From the NCBI GenBank assembly GCA_900315145.1, contig OMYE01000016.1:2385-66384 (forward strand): DNA of 64,000 nucleotides, written 5' to 3'. This DNA comes from an uncultured Pseudomonadota bacterium. GTDB taxonomy: Bacteria; Pseudomonadota; Gammaproteobacteria; Enterobacterales; Succinivibrionaceae. A program made the position numbers and the translations under genes. Positions 1-11,086 of the stretch are shown here, in pieces. Position 1 is the first letter of the stretch. Each line of letters begins with the position of its first letter. The notes under the pieces were generated by a model. The model was not told the origin of the DNA. It ran no database searches and saw only the letters and a program-made list of their open reading frames with translations.

Positions 1-56
1 TGAATATAAATATGTCAGCCATGCATGTATTTTCAACATTTTGACTTTGAGATCAG

Positions 57-1532
57 ATGATAACGAATATGAATAACGAATCTGCTTTAAATTCACTGGA
101 ACCGATTCCGGTATGGCAATACTTTTCAGATATTTGCAACATTCCCCACACATCTGGAAACGAAAAAAACATGGGTGATTTTCTGATTGAATTCGCGAGA
201 GTTCATAATCTGGAATGTCATCAAAGTAACTGCGGTAATGTTTTTATAAAAAAAGCAGCTACCTCAGACAAAGTCGGCCACTCCCCAGTTATTCTTCAGG
301 CTCACATGGATATGGTGGGCGTAAAAAATGACAAAACAGAATTTGACTTCTCCATTGATCCCATCAAACCTGTAGTCACAGACGACGGCTTTGTCACAGC
401 GGAAAACACTACTTTAGGTGCGGACAACGGTATAGGTATGGCCATAATCCTGGCGATTTTAGCCGGCAATAACATATCTCATCCAGAGATTCATGCCTTA
501 TTCACCGTAGCTGAAGAAACGAGTATGGGAGGCGCTGTTCTACTCACTCCTGACGACATTGATGCCAATCTTGCCATCAACATTGATTCAGAGGATCTCG
601 GGGAAATCTGTGTCGGCTGTGCCGGTGGCAGTGGCTATACCATTAGTACGGAACCTGATATTGCCGCAGTTCCGGATACGGGATATGATGCTTTGGTTAT
701 ACGGGTGTATAACGGCGTGGGAGGACACAGCGGTATAGATATCAATAAAAAGAGGCTTAATGCTGCCAGCGCCATCCTCGCCATGATAAACTTTCTCAAG
801 GAATCTGATATTGATGTACATATATCGGATATTTCATCAGGAACTGTTAAAAACTCCATTCCTTCAGAAGGTTATGCCGTAATCTGTCTGCAGAAGCACC
901 TGACCAGTAAAGCTCTTACCCTGCTTCAGGATTTTGCCTTGAGGCTGCAGACCAGGTATACAGAAACAGATCCTAATATTTCATTTGAATTCTCCAAGAC
1001 AGATAATATCCCGGACTTCATGACCACAGAGAAAGCCACTGAAAACATTCTAACACTTCAGGGACTCAATACTAAAATAATGGAATATGTTCCGGGAACC
1101 CAGAATCCTATGACCTCATGCAATTTAGGCAGAATCCACTGGGAGAACAACAAATGCACATTCTCGCTTCTAGCAAGGTTTGCTACCTCTGAAGGAAAAA
1201 ATAAGGTTGAATCCAGGATTAATGAACTTGTTGCAGCAGCAGGTGCTGTCATTGACAATTATGAAACCTATGTTTACTGGGAACCGGACTTTGAAAGTCA
1301 CATGCTTTCAAGAGCAGTCTCCACCTACCATAAGCTCACAGGTAACGACTCCGTTACCACTGTAATTCATGCCGGACTAGAGTGCGGTCTTTTCAAGAAG
1401 CTGAATCCTAAGCTTGATATCATCTCCATAGGTCCGGATATATATGGTGCCCACAGCTGTAATGAAAAGGTAAGAATTTCATCCGTTGCTGTATGCTTCG
1501 AATGGATTAAACTTATGTTGGCGGACATTTAA
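57..1532 (+). CDS. pepD: Xaa-His (aminoacyl-histidine) dipeptidase, M20 family
   Basis: 491-aa ORF colinear with E. coli PepD. Motifs PVILQAHMDMV, TTLGADNGIGMA and NIDSEDLGEICVGCAGG are present. Confidence 0.9.
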   Translation: MITNMNNESALNSLEPIPVWQYFSDICNIPHTSGNEKNMGDFLIEFARVHNLECHQSNCGNVFIKKAATSDKVGHSPVILQAHMDMVGVKNDKTEFDFSIDPIKPVVTDDGFVTAENTTLGADNGIGMAIILAILAGNNISHPEIHALFTVAEETSMGGAVLLTPDDIDANLAINIDSEDLGEICVGCAGGSGYTISTEPDIAAVPDTGYDALVIRVYNGVGGHSGIDINKKRLNAASAILAMINFLKESDIDVHISDISSGTVKNSIPSEGYAVICLQKHLTSKALTLLQDFALRLQTRYTETDPNISFEFSKTDNIPDFMTTEKATENILTLQGLNTKIMEYVPGTQNPMTSCNLGRIHWENNKCTFSLLARFATSEGKNKVESRINELVAAAGAVIDNYETYVYWEPDFESHMLSRAVSTYHKLTGNDSVTTVIHAGLECGLFKKLNPKLDIISIGPDIYGAHSCNEKVRISSVAVCFEWIKLMLADI

Positions 1533-1571
1533 CGCAAAAAACAATTAGTAATGAATTTCAAGGGCATAAAA

Positions 1572-1603
1572 AAAGAGAATCCTGTGGGTTCTCTTTTTTT
1601 TTT
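1572..1603. terminator. Rho-independent terminator between convergent pepD and ilvH
   Basis: Stem agagaa/ttctct with a 9-nt loop, an A-run before and a T10 run after, so it could work in both directions. Confidence 0.6.
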
Positions 1604-1666
1604 CGATGTTTCCTTAATATCCTTTGCCGGCAACAGCCGTGGCTGTCAGCCGGTTCTATGCAAAAA

Positions 1667-2164
1667 TTAAGGTCTCAGTGATCTTTCGCCCTGAGAAATA
1701 CCGCAGACACCTGAACGGATAATTTCAACAATGTCAGCAGCCTGACTGATGGCATTAAGGAAATTATTGAGTTCCTCACTGGTACCGATTACCTGAATGG
1801 TGTAGAGATCCGGAGTAAGGTCAACAATCTGACCATGAAAAATGTCAGAAATTGACTTAATTTCATCCCTTAAATCTCTAGTATTGGCTCTAACCTTTGC
1901 AAGCATGATTTCTCTTTCTATATGACCTGAATCAGCTAGATCAAATACCTTCAGAACATCAATAAGCTTGTGCAACTGCTTGGTGATCTGTTCAACCTCA
2001 TCGTCATCACAGTAAGTGACAATAGTCATGCGGGAAAGAGTATCATCTTCTGTCGGCGCAACGGTCAGTGATTCAATGTTAAAGCCACGCTGTGAAAACA
2101 AACCTACTACACGGCTTAAAGCCCCTGCTTCATTTTCAAGCAGAACTGAAATAATATGTTTCAT
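1667..2164 (-). CDS. ilvH: acetolactate synthase small (regulatory) subunit
   Basis: 165 aa. The N-terminal ACT-domain sequence ISVLLENEAGALSRVVGLFSQRGFNIESLTVAPT is typical of IlvH. Its start overlaps the ilvI stop. Confidence 0.9.
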   Translation of the reverse strand: MKHIISVLLENEAGALSRVVGLFSQRGFNIESLTVAPTEDDTLSRMTIVTYCDDDEVEQITKQLHKLIDVLKVFDLADSGHIEREIMLAKVRANTRDLRDEIKSISDIFHGQIVDLTPDLYTIQVIGTSEELNNFLNAISQAADIVEIIRSGVCGISQGERSLRP

Positions 2165-3912
2165 TATGTACGCTCCGTCTTGCTTAAGAACATATCAGCC
2201 ATTGATCCTCCGCCAATCTGCATTGGATATACACGGGAATCAGGATCTGCAATAACATCTACCACAACTGTCTTGTCATGAATAGAGAATGCCTTAGCCA
2301 TAACTTCATCAAGCTGAGCTTCATTTTCTACTCTTAAACCAACCTGACCATAAGATTCAGCCAGTTTAACAAAATCAGGTACCGCATCCATATAGGACTC
2401 ACTCTGACGTCCGTTGTAGAACATCATCTGCCACTGCTTAACCATACCAAGCGAGCGGTTATTAATGATAATAACCTTTACGGGCACACTGTACTGCAGA
2501 CAAACAGCAAGCTCTTGAAGGTTCATCTGGAATGAACCGTCGCCTGTAAAGCATACAACTTCACATTCCGGCTTGGCGATCTTTGCACCTATAGCAGCAG
2601 GGAAACCATACCCCATAGTTCCAAGTCCGCCTGAAGACAGGAAGCGACGAGGCTGCTGCAACGGATAGTAAAGTGCAGCAAACATCTGATGCTGACCGAC
2701 GTCGGTTACAACAATAGCATCACCTTTTGAAGCTTTATAAACAGATTCAACGACTCTGGCAGGATGTAACAGTCCCTCAGTGATATCACTAGCATATTCC
2801 AGCGGATGTGCAGTCTTGAAGCCGTCAATCATTTTCCACCAGTCGGCACTGTTAGCATCAATGATAGAACTGTCAACATTGCCGTTTGCCTGAAGCTCCT
2901 TGATAGCTTCATTCAGCTGATCAAGAACTGTATTTACATTACCTACGATAGGTACGTCTACTTCAACACACTTTGAAATTGAAGACGGGTCAATATCAAC
3001 ATGAATGATGCGGGCTTCCGGACAGAACTTGGAAACGTTGTTGGTTACACGATCATCAAAACGGGCACCTAGAGCAATAATCAGGTCTGAATTGTGCATT
3101 GCCATATTAGCAGCATAAGTTCCATGCATTCCGAGCATACCAAGGCACAGTCTGTCACTGCCGGGAAATGCGCCTATAGCCATCAGGGTTGTAACTACCG
3201 GAATATTGAAGCGATGAGCAAGATCAGCAACCTTTTCTGAAGCTTCTGAAGCTACAACACCTCCACCGATATAAAGAATTGGCCGCTTGGCTTCAACAAC
3301 CATTCTGGCTGCTCTCTTTACCTGACCTCTGTGACCTACAGTGGTAGGATTATAGGAACGCATTGAAATATTGCTTAACGGAATTGTTTCATAAGGGAAC
3401 TTCAACTGCGGATTCTGTGTATCCTTTGGAATATCTACAACTACAGGACCGGGACGGCCGGTAGAGGCAATGTAGAATGCCTTTCTGATGTATTCAGGAA
3501 TATCGGTAGCCTTCTTGCAGAGGAAGCTGTGTTTTACGATAGGGCGTGAAATACCCAGCATATCAACTTCCTGGAAAGCATCTGAACCGATTAATGTTGT
3601 GGCGACCTGACCGGTCAGTACAACCATAGGAATTGAATCAGCATAGGCTGTGGCAATACCAGTGATAACATTGGTAGCACCAGGACCTGAAGTAACCAGA
3701 ACACAGCCTACCTTACCGGTGGCTCTTGCATAACCGTCAGCCATGTGTGAAGCGCCCTGTTCATGACGAACAAGAATATGCTTTATCTTGGATGATTCGA
3801 GCAGAGCATCATAAATGTGAAGAACGCCACCACCAGGATATCCGAATATCTTATCAACCCCCAAATCCTCAAGGGTGCGAATAACCATCTGGGCACCAGA
3901 TAACATTTCCAT
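2164..3912 (-). CDS. ilvI: acetolactate synthase large (catalytic) subunit, ThDP-dependent
   Basis: 582 aa. The N-terminus MEMLSGAQMVIRTLEDLGVDKIFGYPGG closely matches E. coli IlvI. The ThDP motif GGLGTMGYGFPAAIGA...GDGSFQMN is present. Confidence 0.92.
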   Translation of the reverse strand: MEMLSGAQMVIRTLEDLGVDKIFGYPGGGVLHIYDALLESSKIKHILVRHEQGASHMADGYARATGKVGCVLVTSGPGATNVITGIATAYADSIPMVVLTGQVATTLIGSDAFQEVDMLGISRPIVKHSFLCKKATDIPEYIRKAFYIASTGRPGPVVVDIPKDTQNPQLKFPYETIPLSNISMRSYNPTTVGHRGQVKRAARMVVEAKRPILYIGGGVVASEASEKVADLAHRFNIPVVTTLMAIGAFPGSDRLCLGMLGMHGTYAANMAMHNSDLIIALGARFDDRVTNNVSKFCPEARIIHVDIDPSSISKCVEVDVPIVGNVNTVLDQLNEAIKELQANGNVDSSIIDANSADWWKMIDGFKTAHPLEYASDITEGLLHPARVVESVYKASKGDAIVVTDVGQHQMFAALYYPLQQPRRFLSSGGLGTMGYGFPAAIGAKIAKPECEVVCFTGDGSFQMNLQELAVCLQYSVPVKVIIINNRSLGMVKQWQMMFYNGRQSESYMDAVPDFVKLAESYGQVGLRVENEAQLDEVMAKAFSIHDKTVVVDVIADPDSRVYPMQIGGGSMADMFLSKTERT

Positions 3913-4258
3913 ATAAAAGCCTCCGGGCTTTATTAAATATTTAGAATTTTTAGAAATAATACGAAGTCAACGACTACATAACTCATCAGTTCGATCAAAT
4001 TAATAAGTCATAAGCTCTGAATACACTTATTTTTGACTGGCCGACACAACCATCCGCTAAAAAAATAATTTTCATAAATGAAATTTACTTAAGAAAACAA
4101 TCTTGATGAAGGTAACTGTTACCCTCATGCGGTCAGTGTGATAGTTAAAAACTACATGTACTTTATATCAAAAACGGCATCATAATTCAACAAATTATTA
4201 TTATCCAGAGGTATCTGCCTGCCTCAGGATAATTCTTTGTCTTAAAAAAGTCTCCTGT

Positions 4259-5845
4259 TTACTGCTCAATGGCCAGCATATAGCTGTATGCCTCGTCAAC
4301 AGTAAGATTCCTGCTGTCTATGTATAGCTTGCTTTTTATATATTTACGAGACGCTTCAAGAATAGTCTGTCTGTCATTTCTGCCTTCTCGCGGCAGGAAC
4401 CCCGACGAAATAAGACGTTTGCTTATATATTTAAGCTTTTCTTTCTGAGAAAGTCCGGATCCGATTCTTGATCTGCTCTGATTTCCGGAAGATTTTCCAA
4501 CTTTTTTTCCGGAGTTCTTTGCAATAACGCCTTTTTCCACACCGTCATCTAGATATTTCACCGTATTCTGAACATCATTATTTCTGGCAGCGGCATACAG
4601 TTCAAGAGACGGTATAGGTTTAGTAATACTGTCAGCAAAACCTACACCGGCACTCGTCAGCATATCAGACATCCAACCGCGACCGGCTCCCTGACAGTTA
4701 AACGGCATAATCTCCCGCCTGCAGACGGTATACATCTCCTGCCGTTTAAACAGAGTGCTCACATTAGGCAAATCAATATAGCCGCTTCGATCCGTAAAAT
4801 TGTAGATTGAGGCGAATTCCACACCGGATATACCCACCCATAGCATGACAAAGGTTAGCAGACTGTTGATTCTCACAGCCTCCCGGAATTTTCTCTTTCT
4901 GCAGGTAAGTATATTCCAAAGAAACTCTCCGGCGGATACTATCAGAGCAAGACAGGTTATCAGCAGAATTACGGCATATTCACTTAAAAACCAGTCCTTC
5001 AGGTTAAAAACAAAAGCTATATGCGTAACACTGTTAAGTCCCTTTTCCCAGTCAGAGAAATCCAGATCATGAACATACTGAATGATACTTCTGACCAAAC
5101 TATCCGTATACGGCAGTTTCTCGAGAAACATATCGGTAAAGGAAAAGGATACGACCGCCATAAAAACGAAACCGAGTCCCCAGAAGAAATGAGTGGAATC
5201 AAAAACCTTCCACCAGAAGAACCTGTTAACTTTATCCTCGACAAGATAAGTACTGCGGTACGGATTCTCATACTTTTTTCTGATAACAAAACAGGTTAAG
5301 GCCGTCAAAACAGCCGGCACTGACATAACGGCAAGATAGAAAAGATAACCTGAAAGAAACAGCAGGCATATCAGATTACTCACAATCAATAGCCATATGG
5401 TGGTGACAATACCATAGAATGCAAACACTACACCTACAAAAAAGTTATCGGAAAAAGAATCAATGCAGTTATCAATCTGCTCCTTTATATGCTCAATGAT
5501 ATTCCGCCAGTAGCATCTGAATGTCAGAATAAAATCAGGATAGCTGCGGTAAAAATAATAGTTTTTCACTCTAACGGGAAATGGAATACCTTTCTGATAC
5601 ACCTGATTGCTGTTTTTTACCTCTCCAGCCGTGGATATGATATTTCTGATAATAAAAAACGAACAGTTTATCAGGGCAACCGCACTGACTATGAGAAATA
5701 TTACCGAGACAACAGATATAAAGATAAATGCCACAATCACAGCTACGGTAAGGATTATTAACAAGGAGATAAGCATGGCTGCACCTGCAAGATCGGCGCT
5801 GTTATCTCTTTCGTAAATGTAAACGAACTTAGTTTCGTCAGGCAT
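4259..5845 (-). CDS. hypothetical polytopic membrane protein with a basic, soluble C-terminal region
   Basis: Long ORF with many hydrophobic segments and no family I recognise. I moved the start to the internal ATG at 5845 (MPDETKF...), which follows GGAGAAAGAGAA. The upstream 47 codons look like read-through. Confidence 0.55.
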   Translation of the reverse strand: MPDETKFVYIYERDNSADLAGAAMLISLLIILTVAVIVAFIFISVVSVIFLIVSAVALINCSFFIIRNIISTAGEVKNSNQVYQKGIPFPVRVKNYYFYRSYPDFILTFRCYWRNIIEHIKEQIDNCIDSFSDNFFVGVVFAFYGIVTTIWLLIVSNLICLLFLSGYLFYLAVMSVPAVLTALTCFVIRKKYENPYRSTYLVEDKVNRFFWWKVFDSTHFFWGLGFVFMAVVSFSFTDMFLEKLPYTDSLVRSIIQYVHDLDFSDWEKGLNSVTHIAFVFNLKDWFLSEYAVILLITCLALIVSAGEFLWNILTCRKRKFREAVRINSLLTFVMLWVGISGVEFASIYNFTDRSGYIDLPNVSTLFKRQEMYTVCRREIMPFNCQGAGRGWMSDMLTSAGVGFADSITKPIPSLELYAAARNNDVQNTVKYLDDGVEKGVIAKNSGKKVGKSSGNQSRSRIGSGLSQKEKLKYISKRLISSGFLPREGRNDRQTILEASRKYIKSKLYIDSRNLTVDEAYSYMLAIEQ

Positions 5846-6247
5846 TTCTCTTTCTCCGGATAATAATCTGTTCCATTGATATCCGGATAAAACCGGAACT
5901 CTGAATAAATACGTCTTCCTTATCACCTGAAGGTAAGGGGCCTGTAACTGTCCGGTAATAATAACGGATATAAAAAGAAACAGCATTCAACTGTAAATTT
6001 AACGGATACCAAGCTGTAGCTGGAAATAAAAAATCCTGTATTCCGACCGGAAGACCGTTCAGTAACACAGGACACGTATGATAGTATAATTCCGGCCGGA
6101 CAGTTCAAATGAAAATGAATAAGGAGAACCTTATCATATTATTTTTTTCTGCATCCGTTTTGTTGCCGGTCGTCAAACAGTTTTCAGTATAGTAGCGGAA
6201 AACCTCAATGAGAAAGGCGGTCCGCCATATCCTTCGGATATGCCGTC

Positions 6248-6466
6248 CTATTTAATCATTTTTCTTTCTTCGACACCATTAATTCTGACAGCTTCAGCAA
6301 TTTTCTTGTCAGTATAGTGCTTACTTAGAGCATAGAAAGCCCAGCAGATGCTGACAGGATAGCCGAAACCGGTTAAACAGAAAATCAGACAGAATATTCC
6401 CTGAAACGGCTTGCCCAGAATAAACAATACCAGAAAAGGAAGCAGGATAGCAAGTACAATCATCAT
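6248..6466 (-). CDS. small membrane protein, Pmp3/YqaE (UPF0057)-like with a C-terminal extension
   Basis: 72 aa. AILLPFLVLFILGKPFQGIF...GFGYPVSICWAFYAL parallels E. coli YqaE (IILPPLGVLLGKGFGW...LGYIPGLIHAFW). Confidence 0.5.
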   Translation of the reverse strand: MMIVLAILLPFLVLFILGKPFQGIFCLIFCLTGFGYPVSICWAFYALSKHYTDKKIAEAVRINGVEERKMIK

Positions 6467-6568
6467 GGCAAAAAAACTCCATTAAAAATCAAAAATAAAC
6501 ATTGCAATTCTTATACACGGCATCCGGGGATTTCAACCGGGAATAATAAATCAGTGAACCATCTTCGA

Positions 6569-9500
6569 TTAAAGCAGCTTATTCAGTACCTGAAGCGGGT
6601 GCATAATGGTAACCTGTTCCATTCGGCGAACCTGTTCTCGACATGAATAACCGGTTGCCAGACACTGTTCAATCGGATATTTCTTAAATACCGGAGCCCA
6701 GTTTTCTTTATAAATTGCCTTGCTCCGTTCAACATTTCCGGCAATATGACCATATAAACCAGCCATACCGCAACAGCCTACAGGAACCGGCACCAGTCTG
6801 ATACCTGCTTTGTCAAAAATTCTGGTCCAGTCACCATGTGTTGTCGGCTTAAGACTCTTCTGAGTACAGTGTGCCAGCAGGTAGTACTCCTTGAGACCTG
6901 CTTTCTTATCATCGGCAACACTCTTCACTGCATCAAGATTGTCAAGAAGCCATTCCTGGGTAAGCTGCACCAGAAAATCACCTCGATCATCACCTAAAAT
7001 TTTCCGGTATTCATCACGATAACAAAGAGTCATGGCAGGATCAACTCCAACCATAGGAATACCCAGTCTGTACACTTGATTGTAGAAATCGGCAGTTGAC
7101 TTAGCCATTCTGGCGAATTCTCTCATGTATCCACGAATATGCGCCACCTTGCCGTTAGGCTTTAACGGGAGAATTACCGGAATTCTGCCGAGCTTTTCCA
7201 CAAGTTCCACAAAATCGGCAATCACTCTGGCATCATAGGCTGTGGTAAAGGCATCCTGAACCAGAATGACATACTTCTTTCTGTCTTCGGCTGATAAGGC
7301 ACTTAACTTTTCCAAATCAAGATATTCTGCACTGGTATTCTTCACCAGAGTGTTGAATGTCGGGTAACTGATCTCCGGAACATCAACAAAACCCCACAGC
7401 TTTTTAGTCATGTATTTAACCGGTGTCAGACCGTTTACAGTATTCAGAAGTCTAGGTATTCTAGCCATAAAAGGTGTGGCAGTCTCAATATTTTTAATAA
7501 GGAGATCGCCTGCCGGTCTTAAATAACGTCCGTAATAAAGATTTAAAAATCTGGATCTGAAATCAGGAACATCTACCTTTACAGGACATGCTGAAGCACA
7601 GGCTTTACATGCAAGGCAGCATTCCATTACCTCTCTCACCTCATGACTGAAATCATCACTCTGACTATTACTCAGGGTATTGCTGATTCTGGCAAACAGA
7701 TCCTTCAATCTTAAACCCGGTTCATCCAGCTTCTTTTCCTCATCAAGAGGATTTACCCCGGCAAGCTCCATTAAACGCAGCCATTCACGGGTGAGTCCAG
7801 CTCTTCCCTTAGGAGACTGACGGCGATCACCTAACAACTTATACGTCGGGCACATCGGTGCAGTCTTGTCGAAATTAAAGCACAGTCCGTTACCATTACA
7901 GGTTACGGCTGCTCTAAAGCTCTGTCTTACCTCCTTAGGGATTGTTCTGTCAAACGTACCTCTCTTAACGTCATCAACACTTACAAGATGATCTACATCA
8001 TTTCCCCATGGGATGCATATCTTACCCGGATTCAGGCGGTTATTCGGATCAAATGCAGCCTTAACCTTTCTCAGTTCATCAAACAGTCCCCCGAAAAATT
8101 CCGGACCGTATTCAGAACGGAATCCTCGGCCGTGTTCACCCCACATAATGCCACCATACTTGGCGGTAAGAGCAACAACAGAATCAGAAATTTCACGCAA
8201 TGTCTTTTCCTGCTCAGGGTCGCAGAGATCCAAGGCAGGTCTTACATGGAGTACACCTGAATCAACATGACCGAACATACCGTAGGTAAGTCCGTGGCTG
8301 TCCAGAAGTGCTCTGAATTCCTTAATATAATCCGCAAGATGCTTCGGCGGAACTACAGTATCCTCAGTAAACGCAATCGGCTTGGCGTCACCGGCGGCAT
8401 TGCCTAAAAGACCTACAGCCTTCTTGCGCATTGCGTACACAGCAAGAATATCCTTAAGATCAACACAGGTTTGATAACCGATAATCCCCCTGCTGTTACC
8501 GGCACTGCCAAGCTCGGCATCCAGAACGTCGATTAAGGCCTTCATTCTGCCACCTTCAAGTTCATTGTCCCATCCGGCAAATTCAACGATATTGATGCCG
8601 TCCATGGTCTTATCAGGAACTTCTTTTATCAGATCCTTAACACTGTGCCATACAATATCCTGTTTGGCCAAATTAAATACCTTGGAATCCACTGTTTCTA
8701 CAGAAAGTGCATTTGCCTCCACTAGAACCGGAGCATGTCTCAGTGCAGAATCAAAGCTGTCATACTTGATAACAACCAGTGAACGGTAGCTTGGTACCGG
8801 AGTAAGATCCACCTCTGCTCCGACAATAAAGCCCAGAGTACCTTCAGCACCGCATATGATACGGGATATGTCCAGAGTGTCTATTTCAGGATCATATACA
8901 TGCTTGAGATCATAACCGGTTAAAAATCTGTTTAGATCCGGAAAGGTGTTGATAATCTCATCCCGTTTATTTCTGGCAATATTGTATACTGTACGGTAGA
9001 TACGACCTTCCATATTCTCCATATCAAGCTTGGCCTTAAGCTCATCCCCGCTTACCGGCGCAAAGGTTACCAGAGAACCGTCAAGCAGCACCACGTCAAC
9101 ACTTATAATATGCTGTGAGGTTTTGCCATACTTAAGAGACCCCTGACCTGAAGAGTCATTACTTATCATACCGCCGAAGGTGGCACGGTTTGAGGTTGAT
9201 AACTCTGGAGAAAAGAAGAGACCGTGAGGTTTAATCTGCTGGTTCAAATAGTCCTTAATAACACCAGCTTCAACATGTACGCGGCGCTTCGCCACATCCA
9301 GACCGGTGATACCGCGCATATGTCGGGACAGATCTACAACCACCCAATCAGTGAGTGACTGACCGTTAGTACCTGTACCGCCGCCTCTTGGAGCGAATTT
9401 TATAGAGGCGAATTCCGGCTCATTGGCAATCTTTACCGCCAGCACGACATCCTGAGCATTTTTAGGCAGAATCACCCCCGCCGGGATCTTCTGATAAACG

Positions 9501-9637
9501 GAATTATCAGTTGCTACTGCCATTCTGCTTGAATATGAATACTCAATATCCCCCTGGAATGATTCATTCTTTAATCTTTCAAAATACTTAAGATAAACTG
9601 ACTCTACGCTGTATGCAGGGTTAATCTTTGGAATCAT
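6569..9637 (-). CDS. ydiJ: FAD-binding (FAD_binding_4) and Fe-S/CCG-domain oxidoreductase, YdiJ-like
   Basis: 1022 aa, the same size class as E. coli YdiJ (~1018 aa). It has an N-terminal FAD-linked oxidase region (PRGGGTGTNGQS), central 4Fe-4S Cys clusters (CCLACKACASACP) and C-terminal Cys-rich repeats. Confidence 0.8.
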   Translation of the reverse strand: MIPKINPAYSVESVYLKYFERLKNESFQGDIEYSYSSRMAVATDNSVYQKIPAGVILPKNAQDVVLAVKIANEPEFASIKFAPRGGGTGTNGQSLTDWVVVDLSRHMRGITGLDVAKRRVHVEAGVIKDYLNQQIKPHGLFFSPELSTSNRATFGGMISNDSSGQGSLKYGKTSQHIISVDVVLLDGSLVTFAPVSGDELKAKLDMENMEGRIYRTVYNIARNKRDEIINTFPDLNRFLTGYDLKHVYDPEIDTLDISRIICGAEGTLGFIVGAEVDLTPVPSYRSLVVIKYDSFDSALRHAPVLVEANALSVETVDSKVFNLAKQDIVWHSVKDLIKEVPDKTMDGINIVEFAGWDNELEGGRMKALIDVLDAELGSAGNSRGIIGYQTCVDLKDILAVYAMRKKAVGLLGNAAGDAKPIAFTEDTVVPPKHLADYIKEFRALLDSHGLTYGMFGHVDSGVLHVRPALDLCDPEQEKTLREISDSVVALTAKYGGIMWGEHGRGFRSEYGPEFFGGLFDELRKVKAAFDPNNRLNPGKICIPWGNDVDHLVSVDDVKRGTFDRTIPKEVRQSFRAAVTCNGNGLCFNFDKTAPMCPTYKLLGDRRQSPKGRAGLTREWLRLMELAGVNPLDEEKKLDEPGLRLKDLFARISNTLSNSQSDDFSHEVREVMECCLACKACASACPVKVDVPDFRSRFLNLYYGRYLRPAGDLLIKNIETATPFMARIPRLLNTVNGLTPVKYMTKKLWGFVDVPEISYPTFNTLVKNTSAEYLDLEKLSALSAEDRKKYVILVQDAFTTAYDARVIADFVELVEKLGRIPVILPLKPNGKVAHIRGYMREFARMAKSTADFYNQVYRLGIPMVGVDPAMTLCYRDEYRKILGDDRGDFLVQLTQEWLLDNLDAVKSVADDKKAGLKEYYLLAHCTQKSLKPTTHGDWTRIFDKAGIRLVPVPVGCCGMAGLYGHIAGNVERSKAIYKENWAPVFKKYPIEQCLATGYSCREQVRRMEQVTIMHPLQVLNKLL

Positions 9638-10167
9638 ATGCTGGCACCATTAAAATAAATAAGCACTGTATGGATTGTACAATATAACGGATAACCGTCG
9701 TTCTCAAACCTGATATCTGATGCCTCCGGAGAGCATTTTCCATACTCCCGCAATCCGGAAGTCTTCAAATCCCGGAGTTTTCGGAAACCCGACGGTTCAT
9801 TCTAAAAAATGATAAAAATGTCTGAGAGAACTTAAAAAGAACCTTTATTTCAGACTGTAAAAGTTTTCTGCTATTTTCTCACTTTTGTGATTAATTGCAA
9901 ATAAAAAGCATTATATTTGACGTTTTTTTCCAACGACAGCCGCTCCTCCCTGAAAATGATTAAAATATCAGTTAAAAAACATAAAAAGAAGGTAAATTAC
10001 TGTCATTGTTGGAATCAGATGTAATCATAATCAGAAAAACGGGCGATATTTTAGCATTAACCGGTATCTTTGCATGCTTATACGTAATGGAAATCAGCTT
10101 ACATACTGCTGTGCTACATCATGATTTCAATTCCGGTAAATATCTTTTAAATGAAAACTGTCTGCTC

Positions 10168-10707
10168 CTAGATACTCTCGTCATATTCGGCGATATACGG
10201 CAGTTCACGGTACTTTTCATTAAAATCCAGACCATAGCCGATGACAAACAGATCCGGAATTTTAAAAAGAGAAATATCCGGCTGGAAATCATTAACCCTT
10301 TTTGAAGGTTTATCCAGCAGTGTCACTACCTTTAGAGACAGAGGATTTCTTGAACGCAGGATGGCGTCAACCTCATGAAGGGTTCTGCCGGTATCCACAA
10401 TATCTTCGACTAAAACCACATGATAATTGCTGATATCCCGGTTAAGATCCATCACAATATCCACCATGGCGGTTGATTTGGTTCCGCAGTAGCTTTTTAC
10501 ATACATAAAAGCTACTTCACTCGGAGTCTGAATCTTACGACATAAATCAGCCATAAAAACAAAAACTCCACTCAAAATACCGACCAGAAGCAAAGGCTTC
10601 CCACGATACTCTTCAGTAATTGCAGCAGCAACTTCAGAAATACGCCGCTGGATTTCATCATTGGTTATAAGAACACGTTTAATTTTCTTATAGTCACTGT
10701 TAATCAT
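10168..10707 (-). CDS. hpt: hypoxanthine phosphoribosyltransferase
   Basis: 179 aa with the PRPP-binding motif VVLVEDIVDTGRTL and typical Hpt length and order. Confidence 0.9.
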   Translation of the reverse strand: MINSDYKKIKRVLITNDEIQRRISEVAAAITEEYRGKPLLLVGILSGVFVFMADLCRKIQTPSEVAFMYVKSYCGTKSTAMVDIVMDLNRDISNYHVVLVEDIVDTGRTLHEVDAILRSRNPLSLKVVTLLDKPSKRVNDFQPDISLFKIPDLFVIGYGLDFNEKYRELPYIAEYDESI

Positions 10708-11086
10708 AGTAGCCTCTTATCTCCCGGCTTGATAATATTTGAAAAAATGCACACTATCTATAATATATCCAATGACATTTGAATAAAATAACTACAGCAG
10801 GAAATAATCAAGGTTTATGATACCTCCGTGCATTATTACAATTTTATCTAAATACGGCAGTTCGCATAATCCTCCACAAACTTATTTGAGTACCCTTAAT
10901 ATTCTTCATAAAACATAAGTAAAAGAACACCTTAATCCGTTTTTTCAAGAAACAGAAAAAAATATTTAAAGAAGCAGCATATTGGATTTACAACTGCTTT
11001 TTTTTAATTCCTCTTATATGGAAAATTAAGTAAGTGACTCAGGTTAGTAGTACAATAAGCAAAATTATTTATAAGGACATCAAACC

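Noticed and set aside
10006-10305. 99-aa + strand ORF
   Set aside because: It overlaps the 3' end of hpt on the opposite strand, starts with TTG and has no family resemblance.
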